A stretch of DNA of 64,000 nucleotides, taken from Ignavibacteriota bacterium (GTDB lineage Bacteria > Bacteroidota > Ignavibacteria > Palsa-1295). The notes below the pieces were generated by a model, which saw nothing but the letters and a program-made list of their open reading frames with translations, ran no database searches and had not been told where the DNA came from. Of the stretch, positions 45,717 to 53,636 are shown one piece after another. Where the stretch lies: contig CAWBEI010000002.1 in assembly GCA_963787835.1 (NCBI GenBank), positions 1,312,001 to 1,376,000 of the forward strand, written 5' to 3'. Position 1 is the stretch's first letter, and each line of letters starts with the position of its first letter. The translations under genes were made by a program, and so were the position numbers.

Positions 45717-48700
45717 TTGACCGCAAGTTCGCTATTTCGATTATTGAGCCCGGTGGTGCAGAAATTGCCCGCCTATACCCGCTTTTCCGAATTATTGCTT
45801 CGCGATAAGGGAGAAACGCTTATTACAAATCTTGTCCCCTCGCTCGATGCGCTCTTGGTGGCCCATGCTTTTGTGAACGAATCCCGTCCGATGCTGCTCA
45901 TTGTTGAAGAAGCCTCGGAAGCGGAGCGGTTGTATGACGATCTTGCGCGGCTTGTCGATGAAGAGAGCCTCGCGCTGTTTTCCGAGGGCGCACATGCCTC
46001 GATATTGAAACGCGAACGGCAAAAACGAACACAAACGGCGGAGGCCACGGCACAGCTTCTCGAAGCGATCGAACGGCTTGCTCATTCGACGAACCCGATC
46101 ATTACGATCACGGATGCAGAATCGCTGGGAACCCGGCTGCCACGAAAACGAGATTTCGCCGGCGAATCGCTGGCGCTTGCATCGCAATCTGACGCTGGAT
46201 TCGAACGGCTCATCCGCTGGCTCGATGCTCATCACTTCGAGCGAAAGAATTTCGTGGAAACGGCAGGCGATTTTGCGGTGCGCGGCGGTATCATCGACGT
46301 GTTCCCATTCACTGAAACCCTCCCGATCCGTATCGAATTTTTCGGCGATACCATCGAGAGCATGCGTGAGTTCGATGCGATCAGCCAGCGTTCGATCGCA
46401 GGAAGAGGCGAGTTGGTGCTTGTTCCGAACATTCTTACGGAGTCTGAGACGGAAGCGGAAGCAACCATTTTCGATTATCTTGCCGCGGGAACCGTCGCGC
46501 TAACAATTGAACCTGACCGCGTACGCGCAAAAATGGAGGAAAGTAATGTTCCACTGGACGTGCTGAATCCACTTCAAAACTTTACACGATTTGCCATTTC
46601 CGCTTTTCCTGCATCCTCAGCCAGTATCATTGATTTTGGAAGCCGGACGCAACCCAGCTTCAATGCAAATCTGAAACTCATTCGTAAGGAGATCCAGAGG
46701 CTCTCGCGCGATAAGTTCCAAACCGTTCTGATGTCGGAATCGAAAGATCTCACGAAACGGCTGAGGGACCTGATGGATGATGAAGGCTCGGAAGTCGAAG
46801 AAGCAGAGCATGCTCTCAACTCCACCCTTCAGTTCATTGAGCCATCGCTTGCGTTTGGTTTTCAGATACCGGATGCGCATCTTGCGATCTACACCGAGCA
46901 TGAACTGTTTGGCCGCCGCCGCGAGCGTGGCGCTTCGGCGCGCAAAAAGGCTGCACGAACGAAGGGGATCTCGCTCAGGGAACTTCGCGCGCTGAAGCGC
47001 GGCGATCTGCTCGTCCATGAAGATAAAGGTATCGGAAAGTTCATGGGGCTTGAAACGATCGTGGTCGGTGGCAAGAAGCAGGAAGTGGTGCGGCTTGTCT
47101 ATCGGGATAACGATGTGCTTTTCGTCAATCTCGATTATATCGGCAGGCTCTCGAAATATTCCGCTGGAGAGACCGTCGGCGATCCGAAGCTTTCAAAACT
47201 TGGTTCCGCAGAATGGCAGCGCGCGAAGGACCGCACGAAAAAACGTCTCAAAGATATTGCCCGCAACCTCATTCAACTGTATGCGAAGCGCAAACAGGCT
47301 GAGGGATTTGCATTCAGCCCCGATGACATCATTCAGCGCGAAATGGAAGCAGCGTTCCTGTATGATGATACGCCAGATCAGGCAAAGGCGACCGAAGATC
47401 TGAAGAAGGATATGCAATCCGCGCATCCGATGGACCGGCTGGTATGTGGCGATGTCGGGTATGGCAAAACGGAAGTTGCAATGCGTGCCGCAATGAAGGC
47501 CGTGCTGGATAAAAAGCAGGTAGCTGTTCTGGTGCCAACGACCATCCTTGCCGAGCAGCATTTTCGCACGTTCTCTGACCGGCTCGATCGGTTCGGAGTG
47601 AAATGCGCGTCGCTCTCACGTTTCAGGACGCATAAAGAGCAGACTGCCATTCTCAAAGATCTCGCGGAAGGGAAAATAGATATTCTGATCGGTACGCACC
47701 GCATTCTCTCGAAAGATATTATCTTCAAAGATCTCGGCCTGCTCATTATCGACGAAGAGCATCGTTTTGGCGTTGCGGCGAAGGAAAAGTTACGTGAACT
47801 CCGCGCGAACGTCGATACCCTCACACTTACGGCAACTCCGATCCCGCGCACGCTGAATTTCTCATTGCTTGGCGCGCGCGATCTTTCCATCATGGAAACT
47901 CCGCCGCGTAATCGGTTGCCGATCATGACCGAAGTGGTTCCAGGCTTCGATGAGAATAGCATCGGCGAAGCGATCAAGCGGGAACTTGCTCGCGGTGGGC
48001 AGATCTATGCCATTACCGACAGGGTCAATGATATTGAGCTGTTCATGAATAAGCTGCGCGAGGTTGCACCACGCGCGCGAGTTGGGCTGGTGCATGGGCA
48101 GATGCCACCCAGCTCCATAGAAAAAGCAATGAAATCCTTTCTCGAACGCAAGATCGATATTTTAGTGGCGACGAAGATCGTGGAATCCGGACTCGACGTG
48201 CCGAATGCGAACACCATTATCATTAATCGCGCACAGAACTTCGGGCTTGCCGAGCTGTACCAATTACGGGGCCGCGTGGGACGCTCCAACGAGCAGGCGT
48301 ATTGCTACCTCATCGCGCCGCCAGTAAGCCAGTTGACTCCGGACGCGCTCCGCCGCTTGGAAGCCATGGAGGAATTTTCCGAACTTGGCGCCGGATTCCA
48401 GCTTGCCATGCGCGATCTCGAAATTCGCGGCGCTGGGAATTTACTCGGTGCCGAACAATCGGGATTTATCAACGAGATCGGGTTCGATCTGTACCAGAAG
48501 ACTGTCGAAGAAGCGGTCGACGAACTAAAGCGCGAGGAGTTCCAGGAGTTGTTCAAAGATGAGATCGCGAGCGAAAAGCGAACCGCGTTCGGACGCAAAC
48601 GCATCAGCGGCGAAGGTGAAGTTACCGTTTCGCTTGGGTCGGACGCGCTTATTCCGGAGAACTATATTGAGGATGATGCCGAACGCTTCGGGTTCTATCA

Positions 48701-49136
48701 GCGCCTTGCCGGTGCTTCGACCGATCAGGCCGTCGAAGAGATCGCAACGGAAATGCGCGACCGTTTTGGTCCGCTTCCCGAAGAAGCGATCGCGTTGTTG
48801 CACGTTGCAAAGGTCCGTGAACGCGCGAAGCTGCTGGGTGCGCGAAATGTAACATTCGAAGAACCAACGCGAACGCTTCGAATCCTTTTACCGAGAGAAT
48901 CCGAGGCGTTCTATTATCAGCACACCTTTCCGAAAATTCTCGATAGATTCTCGCTGATCGGTCAGCAGAACATTCGTATCGTGAGCGAAGCAAAATCGCT
49001 TCGGCTTATTATTCGCCTGAAAACCAAAGAGGAAGGCGAAGAACGTATGAAGGAGATCGAGGATGTGCTGGCGAAGTTGATGCCGTCCGAGGTGGTTGAG
49101 CCGCTGCCTAACGGACTGCCGCAGGAGCAGGTGTAA
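45717..49136 (+). CDS. mfd: Transcription-repair coupling factor
   Basis: UvrB-like region (FAVRGGIIDVFP), CarD/RID (VHEDKGIGKF), GDVGYGKTEVA, DEEH, QLRGRVGRS, RDLEIRGAGNLLG. Confidence 0.99.
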   Translation: MTASSLFRLLSPVVQKLPAYTRFSELLLRDKGETLITNLVPSLDALLVAHAFVNESRPMLLIVEEASEAERLYDDLARLVDEESLALFSEGAHASILKRERQKRTQTAEATAQLLEAIERLAHSTNPIITITDAESLGTRLPRKRDFAGESLALASQSDAGFERLIRWLDAHHFERKNFVETAGDFAVRGGIIDVFPFTETLPIRIEFFGDTIESMREFDAISQRSIAGRGELVLVPNILTESETEAEATIFDYLAAGTVALTIEPDRVRAKMEESNVPLDVLNPLQNFTRFAISAFPASSASIIDFGSRTQPSFNANLKLIRKEIQRLSRDKFQTVLMSESKDLTKRLRDLMDDEGSEVEEAEHALNSTLQFIEPSLAFGFQIPDAHLAIYTEHELFGRRRERGASARKKAARTKGISLRELRALKRGDLLVHEDKGIGKFMGLETIVVGGKKQEVVRLVYRDNDVLFVNLDYIGRLSKYSAGETVGDPKLSKLGSAEWQRAKDRTKKRLKDIARNLIQLYAKRKQAEGFAFSPDDIIQREMEAAFLYDDTPDQAKATEDLKKDMQSAHPMDRLVCGDVGYGKTEVAMRAAMKAVLDKKQVAVLVPTTILAEQHFRTFSDRLDRFGVKCASLSRFRTHKEQTAILKDLAEGKIDILIGTHRILSKDIIFKDLGLLIIDEEHRFGVAAKEKLRELRANVDTLTLTATPIPRTLNFSLLGARDLSIMETPPRNRLPIMTEVVPGFDENSIGEAIKRELARGGQIYAITDRVNDIELFMNKLREVAPRARVGLVHGQMPPSSIEKAMKSFLERKIDILVATKIVESGLDVPNANTIIINRAQNFGLAELYQLRGRVGRSNEQAYCYLIAPPVSQLTPDALRRLEAMEEFSELGAGFQLAMRDLEIRGAGNLLGAEQSGFINEIGFDLYQKTVEEAVDELKREEFQELFKDEIASEKRTAFGRKRISGEGEVTVSLGSDALIPENYIEDDAERFGFYQRLAGASTDQAVEEIATEMRDRFGPLPEEAIALLHVAKVRERAKLLGARNVTFEEPTRTLRILLPRESEAFYYQHTFPKILDRFSLIGQQNIRIVSEAKSLRLIIRLKTKEEGEERMKEIEDVLAKLMPSEVVEPLPNGLPQEQV

Positions 49137-49410
49137 TGTCCGTTTTGTATTCGAAGGGCATGCGTTCCCAATCGACGGGTATGCCGTGTTTCATGGAATG
49201 AACGAGCTCGCGAATTTCGCTCATGGTAAAGCGAAATCGTTGTGCTTCGTTGGTAAAGATAAACGTTGGGTTCTCACCGGGCACGAACTCAGCCAGGAAC
49301 AGGGAACCGTGATCGAGATACTCCGCAAAGAAATCGAGCAGCTTCTTATCTTCGACGGTGAGAAGGAAATCGGAACGAGCGGAAAGGATCTCGATGAGGC
49401 GGTCGTTCAT
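49108..49410 (-). CDS. Hypothetical protein (100 aa), convergent with and overlapping the mfd 3' end
   Basis: ATG start, globular composition, fills an otherwise empty gap; no recognised motif. Confidence 0.6.
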   Translation of the reverse strand: MNDRLIEILSARSDFLLTVEDKKLLDFFAEYLDHGSLFLAEFVPGENPTFIFTNEAQRFRFTMSEIRELVHSMKHGIPVDWERMPFEYKTDITPAPAAVR

Positions 49411-49440
49411 GTTCAGTACCTAAAATAAAGTATAATTACC

Positions 49441-49581
49441 GTCACTGCGAGGAGAATCGAACGACCGGAGGAAGTTCGATTCGACGAAGCAATCTCTTGA
49501 CTTCGAGATCGAGATTGCTTCGTCGAAATCACTCCGCCGCATCGCCGACGATGCGGCGGAGTGATTCCTTCTCGCAATGAC
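49441..49581. repeat. Palindromic element GTCA(C/T)TGCGAG...CTCGCAATGAC, copy 2
   Basis: Shares gcgaggagaatcgaacgacc...gttcga.tcgacgaagcaatctctt with 8443-8568; the inner hairpin differs. Confidence 0.9.
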
Positions 49582-49602
49582 TGGTACTTACTTACTCAGT
49601 AC

Positions 49603-51318
49603 TCAGCGAATAATTTCTACTCGCTTCGAGACGGTGCTTACTCCATCGCTGATACGCACAATGTAAGCGCCAGCCATGAGTGCACTGGTGTTCAGGTGGA
49701 TAGAGAGATCATCCGTGGAATAGGTTGCCGATACCACATGTCCTAAAAGATCGAGCAACTGCATGGTGACCTGTTTGGGACTTGTCTGCGTATATTGCAC
49801 GACGATCTCCTGCCCATTTGACGCAGGATTCGGGAAGATATTCGTAATAGAAAGACCGCTCGGCGCCGCGCTGTTCCCCGCCACACCCATGTTAGCCAAT
49901 TTCTCGATCGTATCGACGGCATCATACGCGGGTGTTACGCCATCATTCGGCAGTACCTGAATTTCGACGACTGCAGATGTATCCGGTACGGTCCAGACAA
50001 AGGACGTATCCATATCATTATTCGCCAGAGGGGTGAATGTAACAAACCCTCCGCTGGAAGTCTGAATAGAATATTGTAATTTAACCCCGCCGACAGAGTA
50101 TTTTGTCCACCGGATGGTGTCCATGCTGCCTGCTTTAAGTACGATCCCGCTCGGAGGGTTCAGGATCTTGACAAACGGAGAATATGCAATGGTAAAGTTA
50201 CTATCCTGTATTGAAATAAGAGATGGATAGTTCACTGCGACGAGTTTGATCTTACCCTGGGTCGTAAGAGAATCGGGAACCGTCCAGTTGATTGGGCTTG
50301 CGCTTGAATTAGAAAAAAAGCGCCAGGTTGTGCCGTTGTCTAATGAGTAGTATGCCGCCACACCACCCTGTAAATTTGTAGAACTGTAATAAATCGATGC
50401 CGGTGGCGGTCCCGGATGCAAGGTGTCTCCGTCAATAAGGTAATCAGCGAGCGCCAGCGTGGGTGGTGGTGGCTGTAGTGAGTCAAGACCAGCTTTCAGT
50501 TGGACAGCATCGACGACGCTAAAGTTACCCTGGCTAACATCTTCGATAAATGCGATGAGCCTCATATTGGCCCAATTGAATGCAGGGAAATAGTCCGGAT
50601 CGTTTGGACCAGGAAGAACAGATACTTTAAACGAAACAGTCTTTTGTGCTCCGGCAGCACCGCCGCCCGGAAAGACGGTGTAACCAGAATTGGAATTGGT
50701 GATGTATCGAACAACATCATTCAACGTTGTGCTCGAGCCAGAATTCAAGGTATCGTGAACTTGATCCTGAACGACGGCATATCGGATAACGAGTGAATCG
50801 GCAACGCTGCTGTTAAGAGTCACTTGAACGTCCGCATGGAGGACATAAGCATTCGCATTTGTTTTATCCAAGGTCGCATCAAGGAGTGTAATGTCGTCAG
50901 GCGCGGGCGGTGGATATCCATTGTCAATAGCGTTTGACCAATCGCTGGGATCTGAACTTCCGCGCGTACCTGTGCTGCCGAACGTAGTACGGTTCACTGC
51001 ACCCCAGAATACCACATTTCCAGGGGGAAGGACATAACCTGCAGCCGCAAACGAGTATGCATTTTGTAAAAAGTCGCACTCATTCCCGAAATGATGATCC
51101 AAGTGAATGATTTTTGATTGCTCACTGGAAACGGTCGAGCTCACATTCGCATCGAATGTATTGCGTATTTGGGTTGCGGCGGAGCCGGTAGGGTCGCAGC
51201 TATTTGTAAAGGTTTCAAAGAGGACGTAATGCGGCAGCGACGTTTGCCCCAAAACCCTTGGTGAAACGAGTGCACTGAGAATAAAAAAGAAGGAAGCAGA
51301 ACGGAAAAATTGTTTCAT
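49603..51318 (-). CDS. Omp28-like / thioredoxin-like secreted protein with Ig-like domains and T9SS type-A CTD
   Basis: Signal peptide from MKQFF (51318), VLFETFTNSC, AVVQD, NDVVR, NMRLIAFIED Omp28-like segments, SLDNGTTW and WTVP repeats, CTD IFPNPA...GAYIVRI...KRVEIIR. Confidence 0.75.
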   Translation of the reverse strand: MKQFFRSASFFFILSALVSPRVLGQTSLPHYVLFETFTNSCDPTGSAATQIRNTFDANVSSTVSSEQSKIIHLDHHFGNECDFLQNAYSFAAAGYVLPPGNVVFWGAVNRTTFGSTGTRGSSDPSDWSNAIDNGYPPPAPDDITLLDATLDKTNANAYVLHADVQVTLNSSVADSLVIRYAVVQDQVHDTLNSGSSTTLNDVVRYITNSNSGYTVFPGGGAAGAQKTVSFKVSVLPGPNDPDYFPAFNWANMRLIAFIEDVSQGNFSVVDAVQLKAGLDSLQPPPPTLALADYLIDGDTLHPGPPPASIYYSSTNLQGGVAAYYSLDNGTTWRFFSNSSASPINWTVPDSLTTQGKIKLVAVNYPSLISIQDSNFTIAYSPFVKILNPPSGIVLKAGSMDTIRWTKYSVGGVKLQYSIQTSSGGFVTFTPLANNDMDTSFVWTVPDTSAVVEIQVLPNDGVTPAYDAVDTIEKLANMGVAGNSAAPSGLSITNIFPNPASNGQEIVVQYTQTSPKQVTMQLLDLLGHVVSATYSTDDLSIHLNTSALMAGAYIVRISDGVSTVSKRVEIIR

Positions 51319-51417
51319 AGCAATTAGGAAATTATAGGTTAAGCAACACACGGAACGGCAGTTTTGCGCCCGAAGAGTTAGGATCAAGAACGATAGTATT
51401 AGGGGAAGAACCGGATT

Positions 51418-51461
51418 AAAAAAGAAATAGCGTGCTCAGGCTTTGAAGGCCCGAGCACGCC
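51418..51461 (-). terminator. Probable intrinsic terminator downstream of the small lipoprotein
   Basis: gcgtgctc aggc tttgaa ggcc cgagcacgc stem, followed on the minus strand by TATTTCTTTTTT. Confidence 0.6.
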
Positions 51462-51559
51462 AATTTCAAATTCAGCCAAAGGATGTGCGAACAATCAGTC
51501 CTCCATTGAAGGGGGACATACTATTCGTAGTATCCGAAGGTGAAAAAGTAGATGAAGGG

Positions 51560-51829
51560 TTACTTCATGTCCTTTTTCATCGTCTTCTTTTCGGTCGTGG
51601 TCGTCGTCGTGGTTGACATTCCGCCCATCGCCTTTTTGCTGGAATCCATCATTTTGCTGGAATCCATTGGTGGTGGTGGTGGGGGTGGGGGCGGCGTCGC
51701 CGGCGCGGTGGTCGTCGTCGTCGATGATGTCGAATCCATGGTGGCGTTATCGGATTTCTTCGAACACGAAGACATCCCGCCTACAAATGCTACTAATGCA
51801 CCAAGCACAATGAGTTTACGAAGCCTCAT
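51560..51829 (-). CDS. Small low-complexity lipoprotein (poly-Thr, poly-Pro, Met/Lys-rich)
   Basis: Lipoprotein signal MRLRKLIVLGALVAFVGGMSSC; AAGAGG SD upstream of the ATG. Confidence 0.85.
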   Translation of the reverse strand: MRLRKLIVLGALVAFVGGMSSCSKKSDNATMDSTSSTTTTTAPATPPPPPPPPPMDSSKMMDSSKKAMGGMSTTTTTTTEKKTMKKDMK

Positions 51830-52050
51830 GGCAATTTACCTCTTAGTTTAGTTAATGAAAAACACTTCCACACGCTGCGGTAAAAATCAGCAATAGTGCC
51901 TAATTTTTACACAAATAATTGCTTATTTGTTGCAAAATGTGAAATTTAATGGAAAAGGAACGGCAATCGGTTAAGCCTAACAGTCAAGCCGACAGGCAGC
52001 CCTGACGCAATTCATCGTCCAAATAAGTTAATTGTCAAAAAGAACTGCTA

Positions 52051-52058
52051 CAAAGATA
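52051..52058 (-). promoter_or_regulatory. Putative TAnnTTTG promoter element
   Basis: Minus strand CGTATCTTTGTA. Confidence 0.55.
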
Positions 52059-52330
52059 CGAAGCCGAAGGCGAGAAAACAATAGGTTGCTACAGAAAAAT
52101 CCTTACAGACTCTGATTATCGTACAAAAATGGGAAAAATTAATACTCGCCCATTCCTGCAGGACCCTGCAATACATGCCTTATATACTCCGTAAACTTCT
52201 ACGGATAATCGCTCATCGCATAAGATTCACCGCAAAAACTGCTGCTCACTCGCTTACGACCGTCTATCCGTTGCGGGCGATCCCCGCTCGGGACGCCTGT
52301 TAAGGGCGCCAAAAGTCCTCTATCTTTATG

Positions 52331-52338
52331 CAAAGATA
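52331..52338 (-). promoter_or_regulatory. Putative TAnnTTTG promoter element
   Basis: Minus strand CGTATCTTTGCA. Confidence 0.55.
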
Positions 52339-52383
52339 CGACATTCAGAAGCCGGACGCTTGAATTGTGTCTCTGGGCAAACG

Positions 52384-53556
52384 TCAGGATTCATCTCTGA
52401 TGCGAGCCATCTCATTGGTTACTGCATCAATTTCATCCAACGTATTGTAGAAATGCGGCGCGATACGAATTCCAAGCGGGGGCCGGAAATCCACCATGAA
52501 TCTGCGCCGGATAAGCTCATTGCACACTTGCTTGGCTGATAGCTTCGAATTCTTCCGGTCGCCGATGGGATCGATCGTGAGTGCTCCGCCACGCCGCTCT
52601 ACATTTCTTGGAGAATTAACAATGAATCCGAATTCATCTGAGCGTTCTATAAGGCGGTCGGTAAGTGTGATCGATTTTTGTCGAATGGCTTCCACTCCGA
52701 TCTCTGCAAAAATCTTCAAAGCCGGGCGGGCAGCATAAAGCGGAGGCACCTGGATCGTTGATGTGAGGAAACGGTGCATGCCATCGGCAAAATCAATGTT
52801 CGGCATGTGAAATTCGAACGGCTGCTTATCGCCAAGCCATCCACGAATAGCGGGCTGGAACTGCTCTTGCAAGTCGCGCCGAACATACATAAACGATGCA
52901 CCCGGCCCGCCGCATAGCCATTTGAGAACGCCGGTGGCGAGAATATCTACATTCAGATCCTTTACATCGATGGGGATAACTCCGGCAGCCTGATAGGAAT
53001 CCAGCATGACGAGCGCACCCATTTTGTGCGTGTGCTCGATAATGGGTTTTACATTCTGCAACCCTCCGGAACGAAAATACACGTGCGAAAGCGCAACGAG
53101 TTTGGTGTCTTCATCGATCGCTTCAATATACTTTTCTGTTTCCGTCCAGATTCCATCACTTTGGATAACATGCGGAACGGCACCATATTTTTTCCATCCC
53201 TGCCAGAGATAAGAGATGGTCGGGAAATGCAGATCGGAATACACGATCTTGTTTCTCTTTCCCGTAAAATCCAAACAGCTCCCAATGAGCGCAGAGCCAA
53301 TGGTGAGATTATGAATGAGTGTTATATCCCGCCCCTCCGCGCCGATAAGCGGAGCAAAGAGCGTGCTCATCTCATCGACCATCGGGAACCACTCGTTCCA
53401 GGATTCCACGCCTTCACGAGACCAAATGTCGAAATACGACCGCAATTCCTCTTCCACGCCGCGAGGTACCGCCCCAAGCGAATTTGAGATGAGATACGTG
53501 CTCGTTCCTGTGATAGGGAATTGATTTCGGTATTTATCTGCTAAATTGTCCATCAT
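52384..53556 (-). CDS. kynU: Kynureninase-like class V PLP enzyme
   Basis: YL.SNSLG, W...GV..W, DLHFPT, LDSYQAAG, KWLCGGPGA (PLP Lys), GW, DFRPP.GIRIAP..YN. Start at MMDN. Confidence 0.8.
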   Translation of the reverse strand: MMDNLADKYRNQFPITGTSTYLISNSLGAVPRGVEEELRSYFDIWSREGVESWNEWFPMVDEMSTLFAPLIGAEGRDITLIHNLTIGSALIGSCLDFTGKRNKIVYSDLHFPTISYLWQGWKKYGAVPHVIQSDGIWTETEKYIEAIDEDTKLVALSHVYFRSGGLQNVKPIIEHTHKMGALVMLDSYQAAGVIPIDVKDLNVDILATGVLKWLCGGPGASFMYVRRDLQEQFQPAIRGWLGDKQPFEFHMPNIDFADGMHRFLTSTIQVPPLYAARPALKIFAEIGVEAIRQKSITLTDRLIERSDEFGFIVNSPRNVERRGGALTIDPIGDRKNSKLSAKQVCNELIRRRFMVDFRPPLGIRIAPHFYNTLDEIDAVTNEMARIRDES

Positions 53557-53558
53557 TT

Positions 53559-53636
53559 GTAGGGACGTGCTGCGCACGTCCGATTTCGTTTTTCAAAAAT
53601 AGTACATGGGGAAGGACGTGCGCAGCACGTCCCTAC
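53559..53636. repeat. GTAG-type REP doublet (REPIN-like)
   Basis: GTAGGGACGTGCTGCGCACGTCC (53559-53581) and its exact reverse complement (53614-53636); each unit is itself palindromic. Confidence 0.9.

Noticed and set aside
51552-51851. Plus-strand 99-aa ORF with poly-Val and poly-Gly; apparent microsatellite
   Set aside because: It is the antisense shadow of the lipoprotein, which has the lipobox, SD and terminator. The tracts use mixed codons.
51955-52022. c-di-GMP riboswitch resemblance (GGCAA...GACGCAA on plus; GATGAA...AACCGA on minus)
   Set aside because: The class I-like words are on the wrong strand for the downstream gene and lack the rest of the motif; the class II GGGCAC/GTGCAACC core is absent. 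Kept only as an unnamed candidate RNA.
52240-52311. tRNA-like 3' end (...CCTGTTAAGGGCGCCA) on the plus strand
   Set aside because: No GTTCRA T-loop or matching acceptor stem.
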